Source: Acidimicrobiia bacterium (GTDB lineage: Bacteria > Actinomycetota > Acidimicrobiia > Spongiisociales > UBA5794). Taken from it: a stretch of DNA of 64,000 nt. The stretch's first letter is position 1. Every line of letters begins with the position of its first letter. This document shows positions 1-8,954 of the stretch, piece by piece. The stretch lies in assembly GCA_036985855.1 (NCBI GenBank), contig BTQL01000004.1, positions 6,372-70,371 on the forward strand. Reading direction: 5' to 3'. The translations under genes and the position numbers were made by a program. Below the pieces are notes generated by a model. That model made no database searches and had not been told where the DNA came from. It saw only the letters and a list, made by a program, of their open reading frames with translations.

Positions 1-1
1 C

Positions 2-418
2 ATGCGCTTCTCTGATGGCATGATGGAGTACGTCAAGGGTGGCTCCGACGAGTTTGCTACCGAGCGCCATGCACTCGGCCAGGCGCTCGAGCAGGCGCAA
101 AACCATGTGGGGGCCCTGGTCGAATACTCGATGAAATCGATGCAGAACCCAACAGATATCTACAAGACGGGTCTGCACGCGAATGCCTTGCTCGAGAGCC
201 TCTCTGAGGTCACGATTGCGTGGTTGCTGCTCGAGCACGCCGAGGTCGCCAACGTGGCTCTGGCCGATGCAACGGGTGACGATGTCGGCTTCTACGAAGG
301 CAAGATCGCCTCGGCGCGGTTCTTCGTCAACGACGCTCTCCCGAGGGTCGCCGTGCGTACTGCTGCGGCCCAGGCAGAAGATGGCTGGCTCATGGAGATG
401 TCCGATGCTGCCTTTTGA
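2..418 (+). CDS. Acyl-CoA dehydrogenase, C-terminal fragment (5' end lies outside the window)
   Basis: The ORF runs in from the window edge. Its C-terminal region resembles the C-terminal helical domain of the long acyl-CoA dehydrogenase at 26758..28530 (FYEGKIASARFF vs AAKVATARFYAV), so this is a paralogue. Confidence 0.55.
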   Translation: MRFSDGMMEYVKGGSDEFATERHALGQALEQAQNHVGALVEYSMKSMQNPTDIYKTGLHANALLESLSEVTIAWLLLEHAEVANVALADATGDDVGFYEGKIASARFFVNDALPRVAVRTAAAQAEDGWLMEMSDAAF

Positions 419-473
419 CATGTGTCGGGTGTGAACTCGCCTGGATCTGAGTGCGTCGAGCTACGCTGGTTTC

Positions 474-974
474 ATGACTGATCGATATGAATCCATCCTG
501 TCGTTGCGTGCTATCAGGCAGTTCGCGCAGCGATCGATCGAATCGACGGACGTCGATGCAGTCCTCGAAGCTGCCAGGTGGACGGGGTCGTCCAAGAACC
601 TGCAGAACTGGTCCTTCATCCTGGTTGACGATCCGCAACAAAAGGAGCGACTCTGTGACGCTGGCGATTTCATGGACCCAGTACGCAACGCACCGGCTGC
701 GATCTGTCTGGTGCAAGAGCCTGAGGGTTACGAGTTCGATACGGGTCGTCTAGCGCAGAACATTATGCTTGCTGCCGATGCGCTTGGTTTGGCTAGCTGT
801 CCCGTGACATTGCACCGCGACGAGATTGCGGCTTCGGTGCTCGAGCTACCTGCCGGTAGAAGGTGTAGGTACGCGATAGCGATCGGGTATCCGGCCCCTG
901 GTGCAGGTCCTGGGCGAATGGGTGGTCGAAAACCGCTCGGTGAGCTTGCGCATCACGACAGCTACGGCGGCTGA
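474..974 (+). CDS. Nitroreductase-family (NADH/FMN) oxidoreductase
   Basis: 166 aa. The 'LSLRAIRQF...VLEAARWTGSSKNLQNWSFILV' region is typical of the nitroreductase fold. Basis is remembered family signatures only. Confidence 0.65.
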   Translation: MTDRYESILSLRAIRQFAQRSIESTDVDAVLEAARWTGSSKNLQNWSFILVDDPQQKERLCDAGDFMDPVRNAPAAICLVQEPEGYEFDTGRLAQNIMLAADALGLASCPVTLHRDEIAASVLELPAGRRCRYAIAIGYPAPGAGPGRMGGRKPLGELAHHDSYGG

Positions 975-977
975 TCG

Positions 978-1232
978 ATGCTTCCGACGCTCATGTTTCT
1001 TGGTTTCGTCTTCGGATACATCTACGGCGTCACTCGGCGCGTGAACGTCACGATTGCGGGTGCCATCCTCGCAGTACTCGGTTTGTGGTTGCTGGTGTTC
1101 ACCGTCGGTGAGATCGACTTCACGATCGCGATATTCATCGTCACCGGGCTGTTGGCTGTCATCAACTATCTGGTTGGAGGACTCCTTGGTTGGGGCATCG
1201 AACGCCTCGTTCGTGTCTTCTTCCGGCGATGA
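978..1232 (+). CDS. Small hydrophobic membrane protein, function unknown
   Basis: 84 aa with two predicted TM helices. It starts 4 nt after the nitroreductase stop. Confidence 0.35.
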   Translation: MLPTLMFLGFVFGYIYGVTRRVNVTIAGAILAVLGLWLLVFTVGEIDFTIAIFIVTGLLAVINYLVGGLLGWGIERLVRVFFRR

Positions 1233-1253
1233 ACACCTCGTTGTCGTTCTGAT

Positions 1254-2555
1254 ATGGCGCAGATAGCGATATTCGACTCAGGGATCGGTGGCACCACGGT
1301 GCTCGACCGCGTACGTGAACACGCTCCCTGGTCCGACCTCATCTACATTGCTGACCACGCGTTCGGACCATACGGAGAGCGTACGCTCGATGAGGTCAGG
1401 GCCAGGACGAAGTTGCTTGCTCGATATCTCGAGTCTGTCGGTGTCAGGGAGATCGTGATCGCCTGCAACTCGGCATCCGCAGCGGCGTTGCACCATCTAA
1501 GGGAAGTGTTGCCAGACGTCGCATTCGTTGGCATGGAGCCGGCTGTCAAACCCGCATCTGAGCTGACACGCAGCGGCATCGTGGGCATACTCGCCACAGA
1601 GGCCACGTTCCAAGGAGAGCTGTTTCGTAGTCTCATCGGACGTCACGCATCTGACATCGTGGTTGTTGAACAGGCGTGTCCTGGCCTGGCCGCGGTCGTT
1701 GAACAGGGCGCACCTGCCGCGGCACTTCTCGATGAGTTCCTTTCTCCCGTTGTGGATGCGGGCGCAGACGTCATCGTGCTCGGCTGCACGCACTACCCGC
1801 TCATTCGATCCGATATCGAGCAGCGCCTACCGAAGGGGACGATTGTCGTCGATCCGTCCGACGCAGTCGCGAAGCGGGTCGTGGCTGTTGCTCACGACTG
1901 CGAAGTCGATCTCGAGGGGACGGCGTCGACGGTGTATTGGACTACAGGACTCGAAACGGAACGTGACGACGGACGACAGTGGATGACGATCGATATCCCG
2001 GGATCAGCGATGGCTGCGGTCAGGGTCCGCGAGACAACGCTGAGCGCCGTCCATGGCGATATCACGACGATGCCGGTTGATGCTGTGGTGAATGCCGCGA
2101 ACAATCATCTCGCGCATGGCGGAGGAATCGCTCTTGCGATCTCGCTGGCCGGCGGTCCGACGATCGATGCGGAATCAGCGGACTGGATCACAACCAATGG
2201 GCCGCTCGGTACTGGCTTGGCAGCCCTTACGTCGGCGGGCAACATGCCGTCGTCGTACGTAATCCATGTTGCCGGCCCTATCTACGCGACCGGCCAGGAG
2301 AACGAACAGCTGCTCGCCGCTGCCGTTAGGGCGGCGCTCGACACCGCGACCGAGATCGAGGCGACTTCCATCGCGGTTCCGGCGATCTCAGCCGGGATAT
2401 ATGGTTATCCACCGGATGAAGCGTCGGCCGTTATCGTCGAAGCCGTTGGCAAGTTCATCGCCGGTGCAGACACAACGTTGGCGTCGGTTCGTCTGGTCGG
2501 ATTCGAAACCGTCATGACCGAACGATTCGCTTCTGCGATATCCTCAGGCGCATGA
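1254..2555 (+). CDS. murI: Glutamate racemase fused to a C-terminal macro (ADP-ribose-binding/hydrolase) domain
   Basis: The N-terminal ~245 aa carry MurI motifs (IFDSGIGGTTV, ACNSASA, GCTHYP). The C-terminal ~185 aa carry macro-domain motifs (GDITTMPVDAVVNAANNHLAHGGGIALAI, SYVIHVAGP, SIAVPAISAGIYGYP). Both domains sit in one continuous frame. Confidence 0.85.
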   Translation: MAQIAIFDSGIGGTTVLDRVREHAPWSDLIYIADHAFGPYGERTLDEVRARTKLLARYLESVGVREIVIACNSASAAALHHLREVLPDVAFVGMEPAVKPASELTRSGIVGILATEATFQGELFRSLIGRHASDIVVVEQACPGLAAVVEQGAPAAALLDEFLSPVVDAGADVIVLGCTHYPLIRSDIEQRLPKGTIVVDPSDAVAKRVVAVAHDCEVDLEGTASTVYWTTGLETERDDGRQWMTIDIPGSAMAAVRVRETTLSAVHGDITTMPVDAVVNAANNHLAHGGGIALAISLAGGPTIDAESADWITTNGPLGTGLAALTSAGNMPSSYVIHVAGPIYATGQENEQLLAAAVRAALDTATEIEATSIAVPAISAGIYGYPPDEASAVIVEAVGKFIAGADTTLASVRLVGFETVMTERFASAISSGA

Positions 2556-3370
2556 CACGACCCACAGTTGGCATCCTCGGTGCGGGTTCCATGGGCGAGA
2601 TATTCGCCCACGGTCTCTTGCGTGCCGGCTGGGAGCCGCAAGACCTCGCCCTTGCCGTTCGAAGGCCTGAGCGCGTACGAGATCTCGAGCACAGCACGGG
2701 AGTCAACACGACCCTCTCTCTCGCTGAGGCGGCAGAGGGCAGGGATGTCCTCGTCATCTCGGTCAAACCGAAGGATGTGCATACTGTGCTCGGCGCGATC
2801 TCTGACCTCGTGACCACCGATCAAGTGGTCGTTTCGATCGTTGCGGGTGTTCCTGTGTCCGTATTCGAAGACGCGTTGCCAGGGCTTCCGATTGTACGAG
2901 CGATGCCCAACACGCCGTCGGCGGTTGACCTCGGAATGACTGCATACACCGTTGGAGAAGCGGCCAGCGTTGAGCATGTGGATCGAGCCGAAGTTGTCCT
3001 TGCAGCGGTCGGCGAGACGCTGCAGGTGTCTGAGGATCTGCTCGATGCGGTGACCGCGGTTTCAGGTACTGGACCTGCGTACGTCTTTCTGATGGCAGAG
3101 GCGCTGATCGAGGCAGCGATCAGGGAAGGACTGCCTCATCATGCAGCGGAGAAGATCGTGCATCAGACGGTTCGTGGTGCCGGTGAACTTCTTGCGGCAT
3201 CGGACAAGTCGGCATTCCGGCTCCGCGGCGAAGTGACTTCTCCCGGTGGCACTACGGCCGCGGCAATGCACATCCTCGAGGATGGCGGTTTCAGAGCTCT
3301 CGTGGAGAACGCCGTCCGAGCGGCAGCGGATCGATCGAGAGAACTGGGCGAGAAGGCGTCGGACAGATGA
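2552..3370 (+). CDS. proC: Pyrroline-5-carboxylate reductase
   Basis: N-terminal Rossmann motif (VGILGAGSMG) and the C-terminal P5CR dimerisation signature (SPGGTTAAAMHILEDGGF). Its start overlaps the murI stop by 4 nt. Confidence 0.9.
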   Translation: MTRPTVGILGAGSMGEIFAHGLLRAGWEPQDLALAVRRPERVRDLEHSTGVNTTLSLAEAAEGRDVLVISVKPKDVHTVLGAISDLVTTDQVVVSIVAGVPVSVFEDALPGLPIVRAMPNTPSAVDLGMTAYTVGEAASVEHVDRAEVVLAAVGETLQVSEDLLDAVTAVSGTGPAYVFLMAEALIEAAIREGLPHHAAEKIVHQTVRGAGELLAASDKSAFRLRGEVTSPGGTTAAAMHILEDGGFRALVENAVRAAADRSRELGEKASDR

Positions 3371-4272
3371 TTCGCTCAGCCGTACTGGCTGTGACTGAAC
3401 GATCGGTAACCAGAAGGATGATCACCGATACCTCGGCCGGTCGGGCCGTGGCGAAGCGATTCGTCGCAGGCGACACCCTTGCATCCGCGATCGAGGTAGC
3501 CAAGCAACTCAACACCAAGGGAATGCGTGTGTCCCTTGACCATCTCGGTGAGCACGTTGCTGAGATAGAGGAAGCGATAGCGGCCAGGGATTCCTATCTC
3601 GCATGCCTCAGCCAGATCTCGGAGCACAACCTCGACGCGAATATCTCGATCAAGCTCACTCAGCTCGGTATGGGACTCGACAACGATGCGGCGGCTCACC
3701 ACCTCGACGAGATCGCGTCTGCAGCTCTCGTGGCCGGAACGACGGTGACGGTCGACATGGAGGAGTCTGAGCACACCCGGACGACAGTGGACCTATACGC
3801 CACTGCACAACATACGCACGGGAATCTGGGAATCGCCGTCCAGTCGTATCTCAGACGCACCGCACATGATCTTGACAGCATCATCCCGCTCGGTGGTCAT
3901 ATCCGCCTCTGCAAGGGTGCATACGCTGAGCCGTCAGAAGTCGCCTACCAGTCCCGCGATGAGGTCGATGCCTCCTTCGACCGTCTTGGAGCCCTGCTCA
4001 TGGAGTCACCGGGCGTGGAACCTGCGATTGCGAGCCACGATGACGCTCGGCTCGAGAAGATCCTTGCCGCGGCAGAGCATCGGGATGAGCGATGGGAGTT
4101 TCAGATGCTCTATGGCGTACGGAGAGATCGTCAGGCCGAGTTGGTGGCCATGGGACACCAGATGCGCGTGTACGTGCCGTACGGAGAGGCGTGGTACCCG
4201 TACCTGACGCGTCGGATGGCCGAACGTCCCGCGAATCTGTTCTTCTTCATGCGGGCGCTGCTCGGGAAATAA
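3367..4272 (+). CDS. Proline dehydrogenase (monofunctional PRODH, PutA-like catalytic domain)
   Basis: The C-terminal 'YVPYGEAWYPYLTRRMAERPANLFFFMRALL' signature is typical of bacterial PRODH. There is a 4-nt overlap with proC. Confidence 0.85.
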   Translation: MIRSAVLAVTERSVTRRMITDTSAGRAVAKRFVAGDTLASAIEVAKQLNTKGMRVSLDHLGEHVAEIEEAIAARDSYLACLSQISEHNLDANISIKLTQLGMGLDNDAAAHHLDEIASAALVAGTTVTVDMEESEHTRTTVDLYATAQHTHGNLGIAVQSYLRRTAHDLDSIIPLGGHIRLCKGAYAEPSEVAYQSRDEVDASFDRLGALLMESPGVEPAIASHDDARLEKILAAAEHRDERWEFQMLYGVRRDRQAELVAMGHQMRVYVPYGEAWYPYLTRRMAERPANLFFFMRALLGK

Positions 4273-4278
4273 ACATCT

Positions 4279-4312
4279 GCATATATGAGCGTATGGTCAT
4301 ATAATAGAGCAG
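4279..4312 (+). promoter_or_regulatory. arsR promoter with a consensus -10 box (TATAAT) 7 nt before the ATG, overlapped by an imperfect inverted repeat (CATATATGA-n8-TCATATAAT)
   Basis: The perfect TATAAT lies at about 4300..4305 and the arsR ATG at 4313, so the mRNA would be leaderless. The inverted repeat is a candidate ArsR/SmtB operator. Confidence 0.45.
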
Positions 4313-4666
4313 ATGGGAACACCGCAACATCAGCACTCCCCGCCGGTCTCTGGCGATCGCCTGCTTGATGAAGCCTCAGCTTCCGATCTCGCTGAGCGTT
4401 TCAAGCTGCTGTCCGACCCACACCGCCTACGAATCATCTACGCGCTTGTTGAGGGTGGAGAGATGTGTGTCGGCGCGATCGCAGCGTTGGTTGGTTCCTC
4501 CGAATCGGCCACGAGTCATCAGCTCCGTAACTTGCGATTGGCCGGGTTCGTGCGGTCCAGACGGCATGGACGCGAGGTCTTCTACTCGGTCGCGGACTCG
4601 CACATTCGCGTTCTTCTCGACGTAGCCGTCGAGCACTACTTGCACGGCCACGAGGATCGCCCGTGA
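4313..4666 (+). CDS. ArsR/SmtB-family metalloregulator
   Basis: Helix-turn-helix with the 'HRLRIIYAL...ELCVGAIAALVGSSESATSHQLRNLRLAGFV' motif. The stop overlaps the downstream CDF transporter start. Confidence 0.85.
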   Translation: MGTPQHQHSPPVSGDRLLDEASASDLAERFKLLSDPHRLRIIYALVEGGEMCVGAIAALVGSSESATSHQLRNLRLAGFVRSRRHGREVFYSVADSHIRVLLDVAVEHYLHGHEDRP

Positions 4667-5565
4667 GCAGTGGTTACGATCACGGAAGCTCTGCAAGCGT
4701 TCGGTACACGAAACCGCTTGCGATTGCATTCGGGCTCGTAGCAAGTTTCGCGATCGTGGAGTTCATAGCCGGTATATCGAGCGGCTCGCTTGCACTTACC
4801 GCCGACGCCGGCCACATGGCGACTGATGCGATTGGCCTTGGTATGGCTCTTGCCGCTGCGGTGGTTTCGAAGCGGGTGAAGCCGAGCTCTACCCAAACAT
4901 ATGGTCTGTATCGCGTTGAGATTCTTGCAGCCCTGGCCAACGCAGTTCTTCTCGCCGGCGTGGCGACCTATGTGATCGTCGTGGCGATCATCAGGCTTCG
5001 CGAGCCGGTTGAAGTTCAAACGGCGCTCATGCTCGTTGTCGCGGTGGGTGGTCTGCTCGTCAATCTCGTCAGCTTCCGCCTTCTCAGGCAGGGTGCCGAC
5101 GAGTCCCTCAACGTCGAAGGAGCGTTCCTCGAGGTACTCGGGGACCTTCTCGCGTCTGTGGGTGTGATCGTCGCCGGTGCGGTGATCCTGATAACCGGCT
5201 GGTATGTGGTCGATGCGATTGTCGGAATTGCGATAGGCCTCTTCATTCTGCCAAGGGCGCTCTCCCTTGGGCGGCGTGCGATACGGATCCTCATGGAGGT
5301 CGCCCCTGAAGGAATCGACGTGGAGTCGATGCGAGAAAAGCTGCTTGCGTTGCCCGACGTGGTTGAGGTGCACGATCTGCACGTGTGGACACTGACATCT
5401 GAAATGCACACAGCGACGGCCCATCTTGTCATCAGCGACGGAGTCGATGGCCATCCCACACTTGATGCTGCTCGCGCTGCACTCTCGACGGAATTCGGCA
5501 TCGACCACGCGACCCTCCAGATCGAACCGGAGTCTCACACTGGTTGCCACGAGGTGGCCTGGTAG
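4663..5565 (+). CDS. Cation-diffusion-facilitator (CzcD-like) metal efflux transporter
   Basis: 300 aa with six TM helices, a CDF C-terminal cytoplasmic domain and His-rich N- and C-termini. It is coupled to arsR. Confidence 0.85.
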   Translation: MSSGYDHGSSASVRYTKPLAIAFGLVASFAIVEFIAGISSGSLALTADAGHMATDAIGLGMALAAAVVSKRVKPSSTQTYGLYRVEILAALANAVLLAGVATYVIVVAIIRLREPVEVQTALMLVVAVGGLLVNLVSFRLLRQGADESLNVEGAFLEVLGDLLASVGVIVAGAVILITGWYVVDAIVGIAIGLFILPRALSLGRRAIRILMEVAPEGIDVESMREKLLALPDVVEVHDLHVWTLTSEMHTATAHLVISDGVDGHPTLDAARAALSTEFGIDHATLQIEPESHTGCHEVAW

Positions 5566-5619
5566 TCGTTCCCGTCATGCCCAGAACTCGTCGACCAGGT
5601 TCCTCTCGTTCGGTTTGTC

Positions 5620-7845
5620 ATGTCGAGCGAGGGCCCACCAGCGCTCCGCCGTTTACAATCGGTCGAGACCCGCGGAGGAGACCAGGTGACGGCAACGGAT
5701 ACGAAGACCGACGACGTGGCTGCCAGAACGTTCGCTGTATCGAAGATCCTGGCAGTGTTCGCCGTTCTCTCCGTTGCCGGCACCCTGGCGCTGTGGTGGC
5801 TTGGCACTCTCCCGGCGGAGCCGTACTTCGAGGTCGGTAGGGAGGTCTTTGGGAACATACCTGCTCTCGTCGTGGCAGTGTTCTACATCCTGGTCGCAGC
5901 GTTCCTCGGCATCTCGATCGGCCTGTTCGCGATGCGAGCCAGGAACTGGGAGCGCGGTAGCTGGGAGCAGCGCTCTGGCGACTTCAAGAGGCGACTGCAC
6001 CGGTTCCGCGAAGGTGTTTCGATGAAGACCGTCATGGAGGACCCGGCGGCCGGAATCATGCACTCACTGATGTACTACGGGTTCATCGTCCTGTTCATCG
6101 GAACGGTCATCCTCGAGATCGACCACGTGGCACCCGTGTCCCTCAAGTTCCTGCAAGGCGCGTTGTATCAGTGGTACTCGCTCATTCTCGACCTCGCCGC
6201 CCTCTCGTTCCTCACCGGTGTGGCGTGGGCAGCGGTACGACGATACGGTGTCAAGCCGTGGCGCATACGAACCAAGACGCGGCCCGAAGATGCGTGGATC
6301 CTCATCATGCTTGCAACGATCGGTGTGTCCGGCCTACTTACCGAGGCCGCCCGGATCGCCTGGATCGGAAGACCTACGTTCGAGCAGTGGTCGTTCGTCG
6401 GATTCCCGCTTTCGAGCCTGATATCGACTACTTCCGCCGGCGGCATCCATCAGATCCTGTGGATCACCCACGCGGTGGCATTCCTCGTGTTTCTCGTGAT
6501 GTTGCCGACCACGAAGCTGCGTCACATGGTCACCACTCCCGCGAACCTTGCGCTGCAGCCACGAGAACGGCCAAAGGGTGCAATGCGCGAGATGCCGAAC
6601 CTCATGGAAGCAACAGACATCGAGACCGTTGGCGCCTCCACCGTCGCCGAATTCACGTGGAAACAGCTACTCGACACGGACGCATGCACGATCTGTGGCA
6701 GATGCACCTCTGTGTGTCCGGCCAACCAGACCGGGAAGCTGCTCGATCCACGCGAGATCGTGCTCAAGCTCGGAACGGTCGCTGCTCTGTCTGGGGAGCC
6801 AGCGATCTCTCCGCCGGTCGGAATCGACCCTGCGATCACCGTCACCTCAGACAACGTGTTCGAGCTCATAACCGCGGAGGAACTTTGGTCATGCACGACA
6901 TGTAGGGCCTGTGACGAGGCATGTCCGGCCGGCATCGAGATCGTCGACAAGATCCTCGACATGCGCCGGTACCTCTCACTCATGGAGGCTGACTTCCCTT
7001 CGGAACTCGGCAAGGTGTACGTGTCGATGGAGAACTCGTCGAATCCATACGGCATGGACCAGAGCACGAGAGGCAATTGGACGGACCAACTTGATTTCGA
7101 GGTGAAACGGCTCGGTGAACCGGGTGTCACCGCTGAGTACCTGATGTGGGTCGGGTGCGCGGGCAGCTTCGACGACCGGAACCGCGCCACCACGCTTGCA
7201 ACGGCGCGCCTCCTGCACAAGGCAGATGTCGACTTCGCCATTCTCGGTCCCAAGGAGCTCTGTAATGGCGACCCAGCGAGGCGCACAGGGAACGAATACG
7301 TGTTCCAGGGTCTTGCTCTGGCGAATATCGAGACGCTCAACGACCTCGGTATCGACAAGATCATCACGCAGTGCCCTCACTGCTTCAACACACTTGGAAA
7401 CGAGTACCCGCAGTTCGGCGGCGACTATTCGGTCATTCACCACTCAGAACTCCTGAGCCAACTTGTCGAGGACGGTCGCCTCACTCCAAGATCGACAGGG
7501 GAATCCATCGTGTTCCATGACCCCTGCTACCTCGGCAGACACAATGACACCTTCCTTGCGCCCCGAACGATCGTGGATGCCGCAGGGATCAGGGTGGAGA
7601 TGCCTCGCAATGGCACAAACTCATTCTGTTGCGGCGCAGGCGGTGGGAAGTTCTGGTTCGAGGAGCGCAGTGGCACGAAGATCAACATCGATAGGACACA
7701 GGAGGCCCTTGCCACGGAGGCAGACATCATTGCCACCGGATGTCCCTTCTGTTACGTCATGCTGGACGACGGTGTCAAAGAGATCGGCGCACATGAGACG
7801 GTGGTCGTCGAGGACATCGCCATGCTGCTCGACAAGCGCACCTAG
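5620..7845 (+). CDS. Membrane-bound heterodisulfide-reductase-like Fe-S oxidoreductase (NarI-like TM domain + 2x[4Fe-4S] + 2xCCG domains; Rv0338c-like)
   Basis: N-terminal multi-TM region, then the ferredoxin motifs CTICGRCTSVCP and CTTCRACDEACP, then two cysteine-rich CCG domains (CPHCFNT; CCGAGGG..GCPFC). Confidence 0.8.
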   Translation: MSSEGPPALRRLQSVETRGGDQVTATDTKTDDVAARTFAVSKILAVFAVLSVAGTLALWWLGTLPAEPYFEVGREVFGNIPALVVAVFYILVAAFLGISIGLFAMRARNWERGSWEQRSGDFKRRLHRFREGVSMKTVMEDPAAGIMHSLMYYGFIVLFIGTVILEIDHVAPVSLKFLQGALYQWYSLILDLAALSFLTGVAWAAVRRYGVKPWRIRTKTRPEDAWILIMLATIGVSGLLTEAARIAWIGRPTFEQWSFVGFPLSSLISTTSAGGIHQILWITHAVAFLVFLVMLPTTKLRHMVTTPANLALQPRERPKGAMREMPNLMEATDIETVGASTVAEFTWKQLLDTDACTICGRCTSVCPANQTGKLLDPREIVLKLGTVAALSGEPAISPPVGIDPAITVTSDNVFELITAEELWSCTTCRACDEACPAGIEIVDKILDMRRYLSLMEADFPSELGKVYVSMENSSNPYGMDQSTRGNWTDQLDFEVKRLGEPGVTAEYLMWVGCAGSFDDRNRATTLATARLLHKADVDFAILGPKELCNGDPARRTGNEYVFQGLALANIETLNDLGIDKIITQCPHCFNTLGNEYPQFGGDYSVIHHSELLSQLVEDGRLTPRSTGESIVFHDPCYLGRHNDTFLAPRTIVDAAGIRVEMPRNGTNSFCCGAGGGKFWFEERSGTKINIDRTQEALATEADIIATGCPFCYVMLDDGVKEIGAHETVVVEDIAMLLDKRT

Positions 7846-8079
7846 GAGGGCCCACCATCGGGTCTGTAGAGGTCATCCTCCTGATCCTGGAGGGGATCAT
7901 GACGGCCCGATCCTCGCTGAACGATTCGGATTCCCCGGACTCATCGGCCTCATCTTCCCTGGCATTTTCGCTGCGGGCACCCTGAGCCTGGTCGAAGAGG
8001 TTGAAACCATCGTCTCTGAGGAATGCAACGATGTGACCGCCTGATGGCTGGGAGCCGGGGCCCGTTAGGGTCTGCTCCT

Positions 8080-8904
8080 ATGAAGATCGGATATCAGGGA
8101 GAGCCGCACAGTTATAGCTATCGCGCAGCGACCGAGCTGTTTCCCGACGACGAGTATGTCGGCCATCGAGGTTTCGCGGCCGCCTTCGATGCGCTCGAAG
8201 GCGGTGATGTCAACCGGCTCGTAGTGCCCGTTGAGAACTCGACGACGGGCTCAGTGCTTCCGGTCCTCGATCGTCTCCCCGGTGACGCAAGCCATGTTCG
8301 ATTCTCGATCCTTGCCGAACATCTCGTCGAGGTACGCCACACGCTGCACGGAATTCCCGGCGCCTCCATCGATGACGTGCGTGAGGTGCGTTCGCATCCT
8401 CAGGCCCTTGCGCAAGCGGAGCAGGTCCTCCTCGACCTCGGTGTCGAGCCGGTGCCGACGTACGACACAGCGGGAGCTGTGCGCCAGGTCGCCGAAGAAG
8501 GCGACCCATCGGTCGCTGCTCTTGCTCCGCCGCGCGCGGGCGCGGCTTATGGCCTCGAGGTTCTTCTTGAACACGTGCTCGACAAGGACCACAACACGAC
8601 GCGTTTCGTGGTTCTCGCGGTCGGGGATCCGGTGGTCAACGAGAATGATGACAAGACAACGATCGTCGTGACCGGTTCGCATACACCTGGATCTCTCGCC
8701 CTCGTGCTGACCGAACTTGGACTCCGTGGTGCGAACCTCACTCGTATCGAATCACGACCCTCCGGAGTTGCGTGGAACTACCGGTTCTTCATCGATCTCG
8801 TGCACGCTCCCGGACCTGCCGGTCTGGCACACGTCCTCGATCCTCCACCAGCGAATGCGGCTGAGGTTCTGAACCTTGGGTCATACAAGGCGGAGGTCAA
8901 GTAG
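8080..8904 (+). CDS. pheA: Prephenate dehydratase
   Basis: PDT catalytic domain (KIGYQGEPHSYSY...VENSTTGSV) plus a C-terminal ACT domain (ESRPS). The track ORF begins at 8023; MKIGY at 8080 is the more plausible start. Confidence 0.85.
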   Translation: MKIGYQGEPHSYSYRAATELFPDDEYVGHRGFAAAFDALEGGDVNRLVVPVENSTTGSVLPVLDRLPGDASHVRFSILAEHLVEVRHTLHGIPGASIDDVREVRSHPQALAQAEQVLLDLGVEPVPTYDTAGAVRQVAEEGDPSVAALAPPRAGAAYGLEVLLEHVLDKDHNTTRFVVLAVGDPVVNENDDKTTIVVTGSHTPGSLALVLTELGLRGANLTRIESRPSGVAWNYRFFIDLVHAPGPAGLAHVLDPPPANAAEVLNLGSYKAEVK

Positions 8905-8954
8905 GTCGGTCGTCGTCAGTAGTTGACTGCTACCGTTGCGTCTCAGGAGGCAAC

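Noticed and set aside
5653-7443. Numerous antisense or overlapping ORFs inside the Fe-S/CCG gene (e.g. 6171..6905, 6522..7367, 6976..7443) and similar Arg/Ser/Pro-rich ORFs throughout
   Set aside because: They are low-complexity translations typical of off-frame reading of high-GC coding DNA. They are embedded in genes with strong domain evidence.
7846-8079. Possible Phe-rich leader peptide / attenuator upstream of pheA (..RFGFPGLIGLIFPGIF..)
   Set aside because: That reading frame has no ATG/GTG/TTG start downstream of the preceding stop. The alternative 28-aa ORF with a GGAGGGG SD (about 7898) is Ser-rich, not Phe-rich. No terminator or antiterminator pair was evident.
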